Shown here piece by piece: positions 1 to 7,943 of a stretch of 24,000 bases of DNA (the first letter of the stretch is position 1; every line of letters begins with the position of its first letter). The notes under the pieces were generated by a model. The model was not told the origin of the DNA. It did no database searches and was given only the letters and a program-made list of their open reading frames with translations. The position numbers were made by a program, and so were the translations under genes. This DNA comes from Mammaliicoccus sp. Dog046 (lineage in GTDB: Bacteria; Bacillota; Bacilli; Staphylococcales; Staphylococcaceae): the NCBI RefSeq assembly GCF_034039665.1, contig NZ_CP120131.1, positions 2,014,499-2,038,498 of the forward strand. The letters are read 5' to 3'.

Positions 1-95
1 AAAGACTTTGATAATTCTTCTTCACTTAAAGTAGAACACTGTTCCAACAAAATATGACGCGTTCCCTTTACCCATTCATATTCTTGATTATCCAT
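1..95 (-). CDS. DinB/YfiT-like protein, first 31 codons only (gene runs off the left edge)
   Basis: Not in the ORF track because it is too short. ATG at 95..93 on the minus strand. MDNQEYEWVKGTRHILLEQCSTLSEEELSKS stays open to position 1. The N-terminal pattern resembles Firmicute DinB-family proteins. Only a weak SD-like GTGGGTG lies upstream. Confidence 0.3.
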   Translation of the reverse strand, partial: MDNQEYEWVKGTRHILLEQCSTLSEEELSKS

Positions 96-143
96 AATAT
101 ACACCCACAATCTTTTTTTTATAGAGACTATTTTAACTCATTT

Positions 144-428
144 TTACTCAAACTGCTTTACATATTCGACAATTTCATTTTTAACTTGATACTTAAAATA
201 TTTTTCGAGTTTCATATCTGCATCAATATTCACTTGCATGTCCTTATCAGCAGGAACACAATTTATGTATATCAAATTATCTACATTCTTAATTGTTTCA
301 AAGTCATACTTCATTTCAAATTCCTTAAATTCATCTCCTAATGAATTTAAAATGTCCATACTTTGCTTTATATTGCATTCTTTCATATATAAATTATCAT
401 TCTTATCATTAACCATCAATAATCCCAA
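144..428 (-). CDS. hypothetical 94-aa protein, paralogue of the 13125..13409 product
   Basis: ORF track. TTG start 7 nt after GAGGAG. Same length as the 13125..13409 product and collinear with it: MxxLMxND N-terminus, N[LF]IY[IV]N..P core, E..[EN]YV[KE] C-terminus. Confidence 0.6.
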   Translation of the reverse strand: MGLLMVNDKNDNLYMKECNIKQSMDILNSLGDEFKEFEMKYDFETIKNVDNLIYINCVPADKDMQVNIDADMKLEKYFKYQVKNEIVEYVKQFE

Positions 429-664
429 AATTTTCTCTCCTCATAAAATACATTTCTTTTTTAATTTAACACAATTATACAACAAACAATTGTGTTTGCT
501 ATATATTAATTATCAGTTTCATAAAGTTAATATATCTTCTCTATTAATTCACACTTTCTAGAAGATTAAACATCATCTAATTTGTCGCAAACTATGATAA
601 AATTAAATTAAACATACAAACGAAGACGTTATTTCAAATTTTACATAAAATATTTGGAGGCAAT

Positions 665-820
665 ATGTACTTATTATGCGGTATTACAATAATACTAGTA
701 GGCATGTTATTACTTATATGGGAAGGTAAGAAAATATTCAACATCATCCTATTTAGTTTCGGTGTCCTATTAACACTATTTGCTATTATAAAAATAATAT
801 TTACAACTTTGATAAATTAG
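665..820 (+). CDS. small two-helix membrane peptide (51 aa)
   Basis: Below the ORF-track size cutoff. GGAGG at 656-660, ATG at 665. MYLLCGITIILVGMLLLIWEGKKIFNIILFSFGVLLTLFAIIKIIFTTLIN has two hydrophobic segments. A strong hairpin terminator follows at 851-889. Confidence 0.45.
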   Translation: MYLLCGITIILVGMLLLIWEGKKIFNIILFSFGVLLTLFAIIKIIFTTLIN

Positions 821-850
821 TACAATTGATGAAATGTTAGAGGATAAATA

Positions 851-889
851 AAAGCCACCCATTCATATTAAATGGGTGGCTTTCTTTTA
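851..889. terminator. bidirectional rho-independent terminator between the small + ORF and the LPXTG gene
   Basis: AGCCACCCAT (853-862) pairs with ATGGGTGGCT (872-881). T-run follows on the plus strand, and the A-run upstream gives a T-run on the minus strand. Confidence 0.7.
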
Positions 890-900
890 ATCGAAAAATA

Positions 901-2628
901 TTATTGTTGTTTTCTTCTATAGAATACTAGAGAGATTCCGAAAGCTAATAATAACAATATACTTGCTGTAGTTATTATTGGATGATTTTGAATTGCTTCA
1001 CCCGTATTAGGTAAGACTCCACCTTTATTACCACTATCTTGAGATTTTCCATTATCTTTTTGTTGTGATTTCTCAGGTGTTCCTGTACTATTCGCTGCTT
1101 TTTCGGAATGATTATTTCTAGCTTGATCTTTTTCACCTTGGTCATTGGATTCTATAGCTTTTTTATTTTGTTGATCTTTATTCATTTTTTCTTCAGTTGA
1201 TTTGCCTGTAATTGATTCACCTTTATTTGGTTCCTCCGTTGTCGGTTCCTCTGTTGTTGGCTCTTCCGTTGTCGGCTCTTCCGTTGTCGGTTCCTCCGTT
1301 GTTGGTTCCTCCGTTGTTGGTTCTTCTGTCGTCGGCTCTTCCGTTGTTGGTTCTTCAGTAGGTTCTTTAATATTAACAACATTTATATTAATTTCTTTAT
1401 CTTTTTCAAAATCTAAGACTACTTGATTTGGGAAGTTTGCTTCATCAATCTTGTATCCCTCAGGAATTTTAGTCTCTTTAAGTGTATATGTTCCACCTTT
1501 AATATTATCAAAAGCAAGTGTTCCATTTGAATCCGTTGTACCTTTGCCAACTACTTCTCCATCTAAATTGACTAATTCAAATTCAGCACCTTCAAGTGGT
1601 TTAGAATTTCCATTTTCATCATTTCCAACTTTATTAATAACTACCTTACCACTATATTTTGCTAAATCGCCCTCTGCCTTACCTCCAGAATTAATATTCT
1701 GAACAGTAGCATTAGAATTTTCAGTTACCTGTTTTTCATTCTTATCTATATAAGTAGCTGATGATTGATTTTCAAATGATTTCAATGAATTATCAGTGAT
1801 TTTTGTAGAATAATATACCATCAATTCATTATAACTCGGTGTATTGAACCTAACATTGATGTTATTTCCATTTACATCAACATTTCCTAATCCAGCATTT
1901 TCAAATTCTTCAACAGAATAAAATCTTGGTTGTGCTTCGTTTATTTGTTTTACAGATAATTGCAAGCTATCTTTGTTTAATTCCATACCGCTTCCAAGTG
2001 TATCTGAAATTAATGCAGGATCATTTCCTCTAAAATAATCTTGTTTATTGTTAAACCTTAATGCCCATTGTATATTACCAACGTCATCAGGTAGTATTTG
2101 ACCAGATTTATAAAATATTTCATCAGACTCAACGCCTGAAGCTGAACCATTATTTACAGTGATTGTTTTAGTTATATTTGTATTTCCAAAATCTAAATTA
2201 ACATTATGAGTACCTTCTTCTGATTTATTTATTTCTGCTTCAAAGAAGAATTCCCCTCTAATATTATCTAGTTTTTCAACATTATCATTAAAAGTACAAT
2301 CTATTGAACTATTAGTTACATTACAAGTGCCAAGCGTGATGCCTTCAGAATTCTTTAAAGCAATTGAAGAATTAAAACCTAATAATTCTTTTGGTAAATT
2401 GACAGACAAAGTATCGTTTGTAGAAATTTTAGTGCCATTTCCAGCAAACGAAACGGAAATCTTAGCTCTTTCTCTGTGTGAAAATTCACCACTAGATCCA
2501 TCTTGTTTAACAATATTGATATCGTTAATCACTTGATTCGTTAAATCCTTTGCTAATGCTTGATTATTAAAAACAAACATTTGAGTAAAAAGTAATAAAA
2601 AACTTAGTAAAACTGAAATATTTTTCAT
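901..2628 (-). CDS. LPXTG cell-wall-anchored adhesin (Cna-type collagen-binding-like A region, one CnaB/prealbumin-fold domain, PTTEE stalk)
   Basis: Signal peptide MKNISVLLSFLLLFTQMFVFNNQALA. C-terminal LPNTGE, then a hydrophobic span, then RRKQQ. The GKVVINKV...GTYTLKETKIPEGYKI block is typical of CnaB domains. AGGAGG RBS. Confidence 0.9.
   Translation of the reverse strand: MKNISVLLSFLLLFTQMFVFNNQALAKDLTNQVINDINIVKQDGSSGEFSHRERAKISVSFAGNGTKISTNDTLSVNLPKELLGFNSSIALKNSEGITLGTCNVTNSSIDCTFNDNVEKLDNIRGEFFFEAEINKSEEGTHNVNLDFGNTNITKTITVNNGSASGVESDEIFYKSGQILPDDVGNIQWALRFNNKQDYFRGNDPALISDTLGSGMELNKDSLQLSVKQINEAQPRFYSVEEFENAGLGNVDVNGNNINVRFNTPSYNELMVYYSTKITDNSLKSFENQSSATYIDKNEKQVTENSNATVQNINSGGKAEGDLAKYSGKVVINKVGNDENGNSKPLEGAEFELVNLDGEVVGKGTTDSNGTLAFDNIKGGTYTLKETKIPEGYKIDEANFPNQVVLDFEKDKEININVVNIKEPTEEPTTEEPTTEEPTTEEPTTEEPTTEEPTTEEPTTEEPTTEEPNKGESITGKSTEEKMNKDQQNKKAIESNDQGEKDQARNNHSEKAANSTGTPEKSQQKDNGKSQDSGNKGGVLPNTGEAIQNHPIITTASILLLLAFGISLVFYRRKQQ
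1229..1363 (-). repeat. tandem 15-bp repeat, about 9 units, encoding (EEPTT)n stalk
   Basis: GGTTCCTCCGTTGTC-like units repeat head to tail. The protein reads PTEEPTTEEPTTEEPTT and so on. Confidence 0.9.
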
Positions 2629-2820
2629 ATTAGCCTCCTAAAAATGTATAATATTGACTATTATACCATTCAATTTGAAAATTTGTTATATTTTTTAAGT
2701 TAATTGTTTAGAAATTTAAATGGTTTTAATAATAGGTTTAAATACCACATAAATTAAGATGTATATAAAATTAATAGATTAATATGATGGTCAATCAAAA
2801 ATATTGATTAAATGCAAAAG

Positions 2821-2880
2821 GGCGCGGGGCAGAAATCTAATTTACATAAAAAGATTTCGTAGTCCCGCCCCGGCAAGGAT
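2821..2880. repeat. structured intergenic repeat, copy 1 (GAAATCT/AGATTTC inner stem, GC outer stem, CCCGCAAGG-like tail)
   Basis: GGGGCAGAAATCTAAT...AGATTTCGTAGTCCCGCCCCGGCAAGG has the same architecture, orientation and tail as 18054-18107. Confidence 0.5.
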
Positions 2881-2951
2881 GACTAGAGTTGAAAAAAGCT
2901 TGATACAAGCGCATTTTAAACTCAGTCATCTACTGCCAAGATACTGAAAAA

Positions 2952-2977
2952 GGCTGAGACATATATTAGTCCCAGCC
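2952..2977. repeat. terminator-like hairpin of the CTGAGACATA..GTCCCAGCCTC family, copy 1
   Basis: GGCTGAGAC/GTCCCAGCC stem. The roughly 25-nt core is nearly identical to 4387-4412. T-rich flanks on both strands. Confidence 0.5.
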
Positions 2978-3213
2978 TCTTTATTCACTGACTCTGCTCT
3001 TTATTTAGTTTTATCTGGTAATGTTTCCTTAACCCTACGTGCTAAAACTTTGATGCATTATTATATGTTTCATCTATGTAATTTTCACTTCTATATCAAA
3101 TTTATTCTCTTTATCTTTACTTTTTAATTTATATTTGATTAATGAAAAATCAAAGTGCTTTTAATAATCTATAACAAATGTATTGTGCCTATGATACACA
3201 AAAGCCACCCTGA

Positions 3214-3387
3214 TTAGGTGGTTTTTGTCTCTTTGTCTTTATCATCAATACGTTTTAATTTGTACAGACATTTTTCTAGCGCAGTAATTTCTTCATTAAC
3301 ATTACAATTGTTCTTCTCACTCAACAAGATTGAAATATATAATAAGTCATCACCAATATCTTTTATTTCTTTCAGTGCAACTTTCAT
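3214..3387 (-). CDS. hypothetical small protein (57 aa)
   Basis: Below the ORF-track cutoff. GGAG 10 nt upstream of the ATG at 3387. MKVALKEIKDIGDDLLYISILLSEKNNCNVNEEITALEKCLYKLKRIDDKDKETKTT. The stop codon sits inside a hairpin (3203-3223) followed by a T-run on the minus strand. Confidence 0.35.
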   Translation of the reverse strand: MKVALKEIKDIGDDLLYISILLSEKNNCNVNEEITALEKCLYKLKRIDDKDKETKTT

Positions 3388-3572
3388 AATTATCTAATCT
3401 CCTCTATAATGTAAATACCTTATAAATTAAAACATTCCTTCCTTAAATGTATTCTTACATACGCTAGAATTCGAAGTATTATTGATATATAAATAATTTT
3501 TTCGACATAAACTAACGAATGGTAGTATGTTTGATATTTAACTATTACCACATATTATTTTTACATAAACAT

Positions 3573-3601
3573 AAAAATACACCTCACACATAGTGAGGTG
3601 T
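3573..3601 (-). terminator. orphan terminator-like hairpin
   Basis: ACACCTCAC (3579-3587) pairs with GTGAGGTGT (3593-3601). The T-run is on the minus strand only. No minus-strand ORF lies upstream of it. Confidence 0.4.
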
Positions 3602-3745
3602 TAAGATTCTCTTAAGGGGATCTTAAAAGTGAAGTTAATTACCAAAGTTATTACCTTGGTAATAACTAAATACCCATATTATTACAATAAAAACATAATA
3701 TTGGAAATTTCCTAATAAATACATATTACACGTGGAGGTATTCAA

Positions 3746-4375
3746 ATGACAAAAGATTTTGATTATATGCAGATGTTAAAAGGCGAATTATATTTAGCAG
3801 ACGAAATTCATGAGGAAAACGGTGCTAAACATGCTAAGATGCTTGCTCAAAAAATTAATCAAACACCTATTGAAGATACTGAGACAATCGTTCAATTGGA
3901 AAGAGAACTGTTTGGTAGTACAGGAAAACATATATATGTTCATCCGCCTTTACACGTCGACTATGGTAGACATGTAAACATCGGTGATTATTTCTTCGCT
4001 AACATGGATTGCATATTCTTAGATGTAAATGAAATTAATATCGGACATCACGTCATGTTTGGTCCAAGAGTCTGCTTATACACAGCTGGTCATCCAACAG
4101 ATCCTACAATTCGTAATGAATTATTAGAATTTGGACTACCTATTACTATAGAAGATAACGTCTGGGTTGGTGGTAATGCCGTCATTCTACCAGGCGTGAC
4201 TATCGGTAAGAATGCCATTGTCGCATCAGGTGCCGTCGTTACGAAAGACGTGCCACCTAATACCATCGTCGGTGGCAATCCTGCAAAAGTCATCAAACAA
4301 ATTACAGATGAAGATTATGAAAAATGGTCAAAGTTAAAAGAAGAATATCATCGTAAAAAAGCTTTATATAAATAG
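3746..4375 (+). CDS. maa: maltose/galactoside O-acetyltransferase (hexapeptide-repeat, Maa/LacA family)
   Basis: Collinear with E. coli Maa: GELY..ADE, FFAN.DC..LDV, TA.HP.DP, NVW[IV]GG.AVI.PGVTIG, GGNPA. GGAGG RBS. Confidence 0.9.
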   Translation: MTKDFDYMQMLKGELYLADEIHEENGAKHAKMLAQKINQTPIEDTETIVQLERELFGSTGKHIYVHPPLHVDYGRHVNIGDYFFANMDCIFLDVNEINIGHHVMFGPRVCLYTAGHPTDPTIRNELLEFGLPITIEDNVWVGGNAVILPGVTIGKNAIVASGAVVTKDVPPNTIVGGNPAKVIKQITDEDYEKWSKLKEEYHRKKALYK

Positions 4376-4381
4376 TAAAAT

Positions 4382-4414
4382 GGGGACTGAGACATACATT
4401 ATGTCCCAGCCTCC
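4382..4414. terminator. bidirectional terminator between maa and the yagU-like gene; CTGAGACATA..GTCCCAGCCTC family, copy 2
   Basis: Imperfect stem GGGGACTGAGACAT/ATGTCCCAGCCTCC followed by TTTATTTTT. Lies between convergent genes. Confidence 0.6.
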
Positions 4415-4429
4415 ATTTATTTTTAGCAA

Positions 4430-4957
4430 CTATTTATGACTAAGATCATTTTGATATTTAAATGCATTCTGATATACATAGTAGCGTCTAACAAGTTCAA
4501 TGACCATCATCCAGACAATATGACCGAATAATTCAGAAACATGTTCATGGAAAGGTTGATCAAAAGCACTAGGTACGACATGCATCATTGGCATGATAAC
4601 TAAATGAAAAGCAATCCAAACTACTACTCCAAATACGGCACCATAACCCATTGATACTTTTGCAAAGCGTTTAACAAGAATAATATAAATAAAAGCAAAT
4701 GCAATTGCGAATCCAAAGTGGACGATAAAACTTACCCATGGCATAGATTGTTCTGAGAATTGATAACTCATGTGAGTAAAATCAGAACTAAAACCGAATT
4801 TCTGTAACAACTCTTGAGGTGGATTCGTTGCGTTACGTTCAGGCGTTCTCGGTGGTAGCATGACTTCCCAACCTAATTTCACAACACCTGATAATAATCC
4901 TCCAATCAGTGCTGCATAAATCATTTGAGTTAAAGATAATCCTTCTCTTTCTTTCAT
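4430..4957 (-). CDS. YagU-family (DUF1440) inner-membrane protein
   Basis: Pattern shared with E. coli YagU: G..SG.VK.G.EV.LPPR.P near the N-terminus and SE.FGH.VW...IE..RR near the C-terminus. Several hydrophobic spans. Confidence 0.8.
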   Translation of the reverse strand: MKEREGLSLTQMIYAALIGGLLSGVVKLGWEVMLPPRTPERNATNPPQELLQKFGFSSDFTHMSYQFSEQSMPWVSFIVHFGFAIAFAFIYIILVKRFAKVSMGYGAVFGVVVWIAFHLVIMPMMHVVPSAFDQPFHEHVSELFGHIVWMMVIELVRRYYVYQNAFKYQNDLSHK

Positions 4958-5076
4958 TTATCTCTCTCCTTATATATTGAAATATTTAACATTATTTTAC
5001 TAAAATGATATATACCTAACAATATTATATTTTAGAATTTTTAGTCATTTTTATGACAAAATTAGTATTCTAATAT

Positions 5077-5118
5077 ACAAAAATCCCCTCACTACATACT
5101 CATAATAGTGAGGGGATT
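5077..5118 (-). terminator. rho-independent terminator of the PAT-like GNAT gene
   Basis: Perfect 12-bp stem AATCCCCTCACT/AGTGAGGGGATT with a T-run on the minus strand. Confidence 0.7.
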
Positions 5119-5188
5119 CCTTTATCTATGCTAGATTCTTGTTATCTATATTATAATACTATGAATGCAAAAAGAAATAACAATTTTA

Positions 5189-5677
5189 TTACTTCAACAT
5201 CAGTTGATAGAATTCTAAATCTAACCATCTATCAAATTTATATCCTACTTTTTCAATTGTGCCATTATATTTGAACCCTAATTTTTTATGTAATGCAATG
5301 CTGTCTTTATTTTCACCATCAATACCAGCAACGATTGTCTTAAATCCATTTTTCTTTGCCATATCAATGATTTCGATTAATAATTTTGAAGCAATGCCTT
5401 GTCTTCTATAATTTGAATTAACATAAATAGAATGCTCGATTGTATATTGATACGCTGCCCAATCTCTAAACGATCCATATGTAGCAAATCCAGCAACATC
5501 TCCGTCTACATCAAAGACAATGACGGGTTGATTTTTTTCTAATTTATTCTCAAACCACTGTTCACGTTCTGCTAAAGTAGTTTCATCATATGTATATACC
5601 GCTGTCGTATTTTTAATTGCGTCGTTATAAATGTGTAAAATACCTTCTAAATCTGCTTTTGTAGCCATTCTAATCAT
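5189..5677 (-). CDS. GNAT N-acetyltransferase, phosphinothricin/methionine-sulfoximine acetyltransferase-like (PAT/YwnH type)
   Basis: 162 aa. The N-terminus IR.A...D...I..IYN..I..T.A.Y and the RRQGI acetyl-CoA loop are typical of this subfamily. Confidence 0.8.
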   Translation of the reverse strand: MIRMATKADLEGILHIYNDAIKNTTAVYTYDETTLAEREQWFENKLEKNQPVIVFDVDGDVAGFATYGSFRDWAAYQYTIEHSIYVNSNYRRQGIASKLLIEIIDMAKKNGFKTIVAGIDGENKDSIALHKKLGFKYNGTIEKVGYKFDRWLDLEFYQLMLK

Positions 5678-5720
5678 ATTATTCCACTCCTTTTATCAGT
5701 GGTTTTCTTATTTTTGATAT

Positions 5721-5808
5721 AAAAAATGCACACGACTATATGTTCGAGGACGGATTACGCCTTTATGCTTCTAAAATGGAGCACGAATCATATAGGTTTA
5801 CATGTGCA
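5721..5808 (-). terminator. unusually long (about 82 nt) imperfect hairpin plus T6, directly after the DUF3800 stop codon
   Basis: TGCACA (5727-5732) pairs with TGTGCA (5803-5808). Inner pairings are CTATATG/CATATAG and TTCG/CGAA. The A6 at 5721-5726 gives T6 on the minus strand. Confidence 0.5.
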
Positions 5809-6450
5809 CTAAAAATTATTATATGGATATCGATATTTACAGTCAAGTTTATCTTTAATTAAATTATAGCATAATTTATTTTTGTGAGTGTAGAAATGGT
5901 ATACACAACCTGCAATAAAATCAGCAGCCTGAATGAGTCTAGAATGCTTACTATTTAACATTGTTACTTCTAGTTCTATATCTGGTCTGCCTAGATCGAA
6001 GTATAGTTTTCCTTTTAAATAATCGACTAAACTATCGCGTCTCGTTATCTTTATCGTTCGATTATCTAATAATAATGTTAATTTGGACATTCCTTCATTG
6101 CTAGTAACAATCCGCTTCACTATCCTAAAAACCATATAGTTATAAAGTATATTCTCATCCCTTAACATCGTTTGATCACATTTCGTTTTGTTCGAAATAC
6201 AATAATGAATGGCCTCTGATTTTTCTACAATTTTTTGAATGTAATAGTACCTCATCGCAGGAAACGAATTCGTATGTTTAATTTCTTCATGTTCAAAATG
6301 ATGAGGATAAGCTTTCCTAAATCTTAGCTCTTGGTTCTTCATAAAGTTAATGATTGGTTTCTCATTAGATACTTGAATACCACCTACAACGATATAATCA
6401 CCATCGATACCAAAATTCCCTGATTCATCCAAAGCGATTTTGATTTCCAT
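5809..6450 (-). CDS. DUF3800-family protein
   Basis: 213 aa. N-terminal I.LDESGN and C-terminal LIQAADFIAG match the two signature motifs (DESG, Q..AD) of DUF3800. Confidence 0.65.
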   Translation of the reverse strand: MEIKIALDESGNFGIDGDYIVVGGIQVSNEKPIINFMKNQELRFRKAYPHHFEHEEIKHTNSFPAMRYYYIQKIVEKSEAIHYCISNKTKCDQTMLRDENILYNYMVFRIVKRIVTSNEGMSKLTLLLDNRTIKITRRDSLVDYLKGKLYFDLGRPDIELEVTMLNSKHSRLIQAADFIAGCVYHFYTHKNKLCYNLIKDKLDCKYRYPYNNF

Positions 6451-6555
6451 GTCTATTCAACCTATCTTTACAACCTGTATTTACTTAAAATATTATAACA
6501 ATACATTCCAGTTGTAAACAATTAAAATGATGAATAAGTACTTTTTATGAAATAC

Positions 6556-7920
6556 TTACCTCGCATTCAATGTATTACGACCTAATACCGTAAGTACCAT
6601 GATTATAATTGAAATCAACATCGCTATGAAACCTAATTGATGCATGGCTACTGTTAAACTTTCACCTTTAAATAACATTCCGATTAATGTTGAAGATACA
6701 ATTGCACCTATATAACCACATGTCCGTAACAATCCTGCTGACATCCCTATGATAGATCTTGGTGCTTGATGATATACAGCATTTTGATTTGCTAAATTGA
6801 GTAAACCTTGTGGGAGACCAAATACAGCCGATAGCAAGATTAATATAATAATCGGTGTTTGCGCATTTATAAATTGAAAACCTGCCATTGTTATAATTGC
6901 ACCTATCGTACCAATATATAACTTAGCTTTGATAGATAATCGCGTCCCTGTTAATTGCGCCATGATTAGACCGACTAGAAACTGCGGTAACATCATTAAA
7001 CCAGCATGTGCAGGTGTCAGGTCTTTAACATCTTCTAACCATTGAATATACCCATATAACACACTGTAGGAGACAATCATCGATAGAAATGTACGTAAAT
7101 AAGTATTATTCAGTGCCGTATTATGTCCTAAAACCCTTAAATCAATAAATGGTTTTTTGGATTTTAATTCAAACAATATAAATGATACAAACGTTATGAA
7201 TCCAATGATGAGTAAATAAAGGGTATTTCTATGTGGTTCCATAAAAAATATCATCCATGTAGACAAAGTGATTGTAAATAGGATTATACCTATAAAATCA
7301 ACTTGGACTTTTATTGATTGTAATTTATTTTTGTTAACAATTTTCGGGAAGTATAAATATCCAAATACAAACGATAAGATCGACATTGGTAAGTTCACTA
7401 TAAATATCGCTTGCCAGCCACCACTCGTTACTAATAATCCACCTATTGTAGGTCCGATTACAGAAATCGTTTGGTTACTTATTGATAACAAAGTTAAAAT
7501 CGTGCTTGGACTTTCTTTCCCCGTACGTTCTCCTTCATATTTAATAAGATACATTGCAGACGGATAACCCGCACAAGTACCAATACCGATTAAAAATCGG
7601 GCAAGGACTAGACCATAAAAAGAAGACGAAAAAAGCGCGATAATGCTCGCTAAACCAACTAAACTTGTAGCAAATAAAAAGAGGCCACGCGGACCAAAAA
7701 TATCAATTAACTTCCCTATTACTGGTTGGCCAATACTCGTAGCCAAATACAATGACGATACAAGCCAAGCAGTTTGGTAGAAAGGTATACCAAACGCCTG
7801 TGCAATTGGAACTAAAGCAACAGCAAGCATCGATGAATTAATAGGGTTTAAAATAGAGCCTAAAATCATTGGAGGGTATAATTTTTTATTAAAATCAACA
7901 CCTCTTGAAACATCTGCCAT
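6556..7920 (-). CDS. MFS transporter, DHA2-like (about 14 TM) drug/metabolite:H+ antiporter
   Basis: Highly hydrophobic, 450+ aa, with an MFS motif-A-like G.L.D..G.R. The start is moved to the ATG at 7920, which is 8 nt after AGGAG; the track start at 7926 sits too close to the RBS. Confidence 0.85.
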   Translation of the reverse strand: MADVSRGVDFNKKLYPPMILGSILNPINSSMLAVALVPIAQAFGIPFYQTAWLVSSLYLATSIGQPVIGKLIDIFGPRGLFLFATSLVGLASIIALFSSSFYGLVLARFLIGIGTCAGYPSAMYLIKYEGERTGKESPSTILTLLSISNQTISVIGPTIGGLLVTSGGWQAIFIVNLPMSILSFVFGYLYFPKIVNKNKLQSIKVQVDFIGIILFTITLSTWMIFFMEPHRNTLYLLIIGFITFVSFILFELKSKKPFIDLRVLGHNTALNNTYLRTFLSMIVSYSVLYGYIQWLEDVKDLTPAHAGLMMLPQFLVGLIMAQLTGTRLSIKAKLYIGTIGAIITMAGFQFINAQTPIIILILLSAVFGLPQGLLNLANQNAVYHQAPRSIIGMSAGLLRTCGYIGAIVSSTLIGMLFKGESLTVAMHQLGFIAMLISIIIMVLTVLGRNTLNAR

Positions 7921-7943
7921 AATCATTACTCCTATTTATTCAA

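Noticed and set aside
54-561. Plus-strand ORFs 54..341 and 238..561
   Set aside because: Both are antisense to the 94-aa gene, give low-complexity F/I/L-rich translations typical of AT-rich DNA, and have no RBS.
1182-1426. ORFs 1182..1382 (-) and 1202..1426 (+) with repetitive QQRRN / GSSVV translations
   Set aside because: They are alternative-frame and antisense readings of the 15-bp PTTEE repeat inside the LPXTG gene, so they are artefacts of the tandem repeat.
3703-3712. Perfect 10-bp palindrome GGAAATTTCC about 35 nt upstream of maa, considered as an operator
   Set aside because: A short AT-rich palindrome is plausible by chance in a genome of about 30% G+C, and there is no partner site or nearby regulator gene to support it.
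4090-4296. Antisense ORFs inside well-supported genes (4090..4296, 7268..7567, 8314..8550, 14918..15220, 15800..16066, 16565..16783, 17612..17830, 18138..18395, 18745..18936, 19929..20156, 20540..20758, 22550..22890, 22849..23049, 23172..23357, 23653..23892)
   Set aside because: Each lies fully within a conserved housekeeping or clearly assigned CDS, on the opposite strand or in another frame. None has an RBS or a recognisable product.
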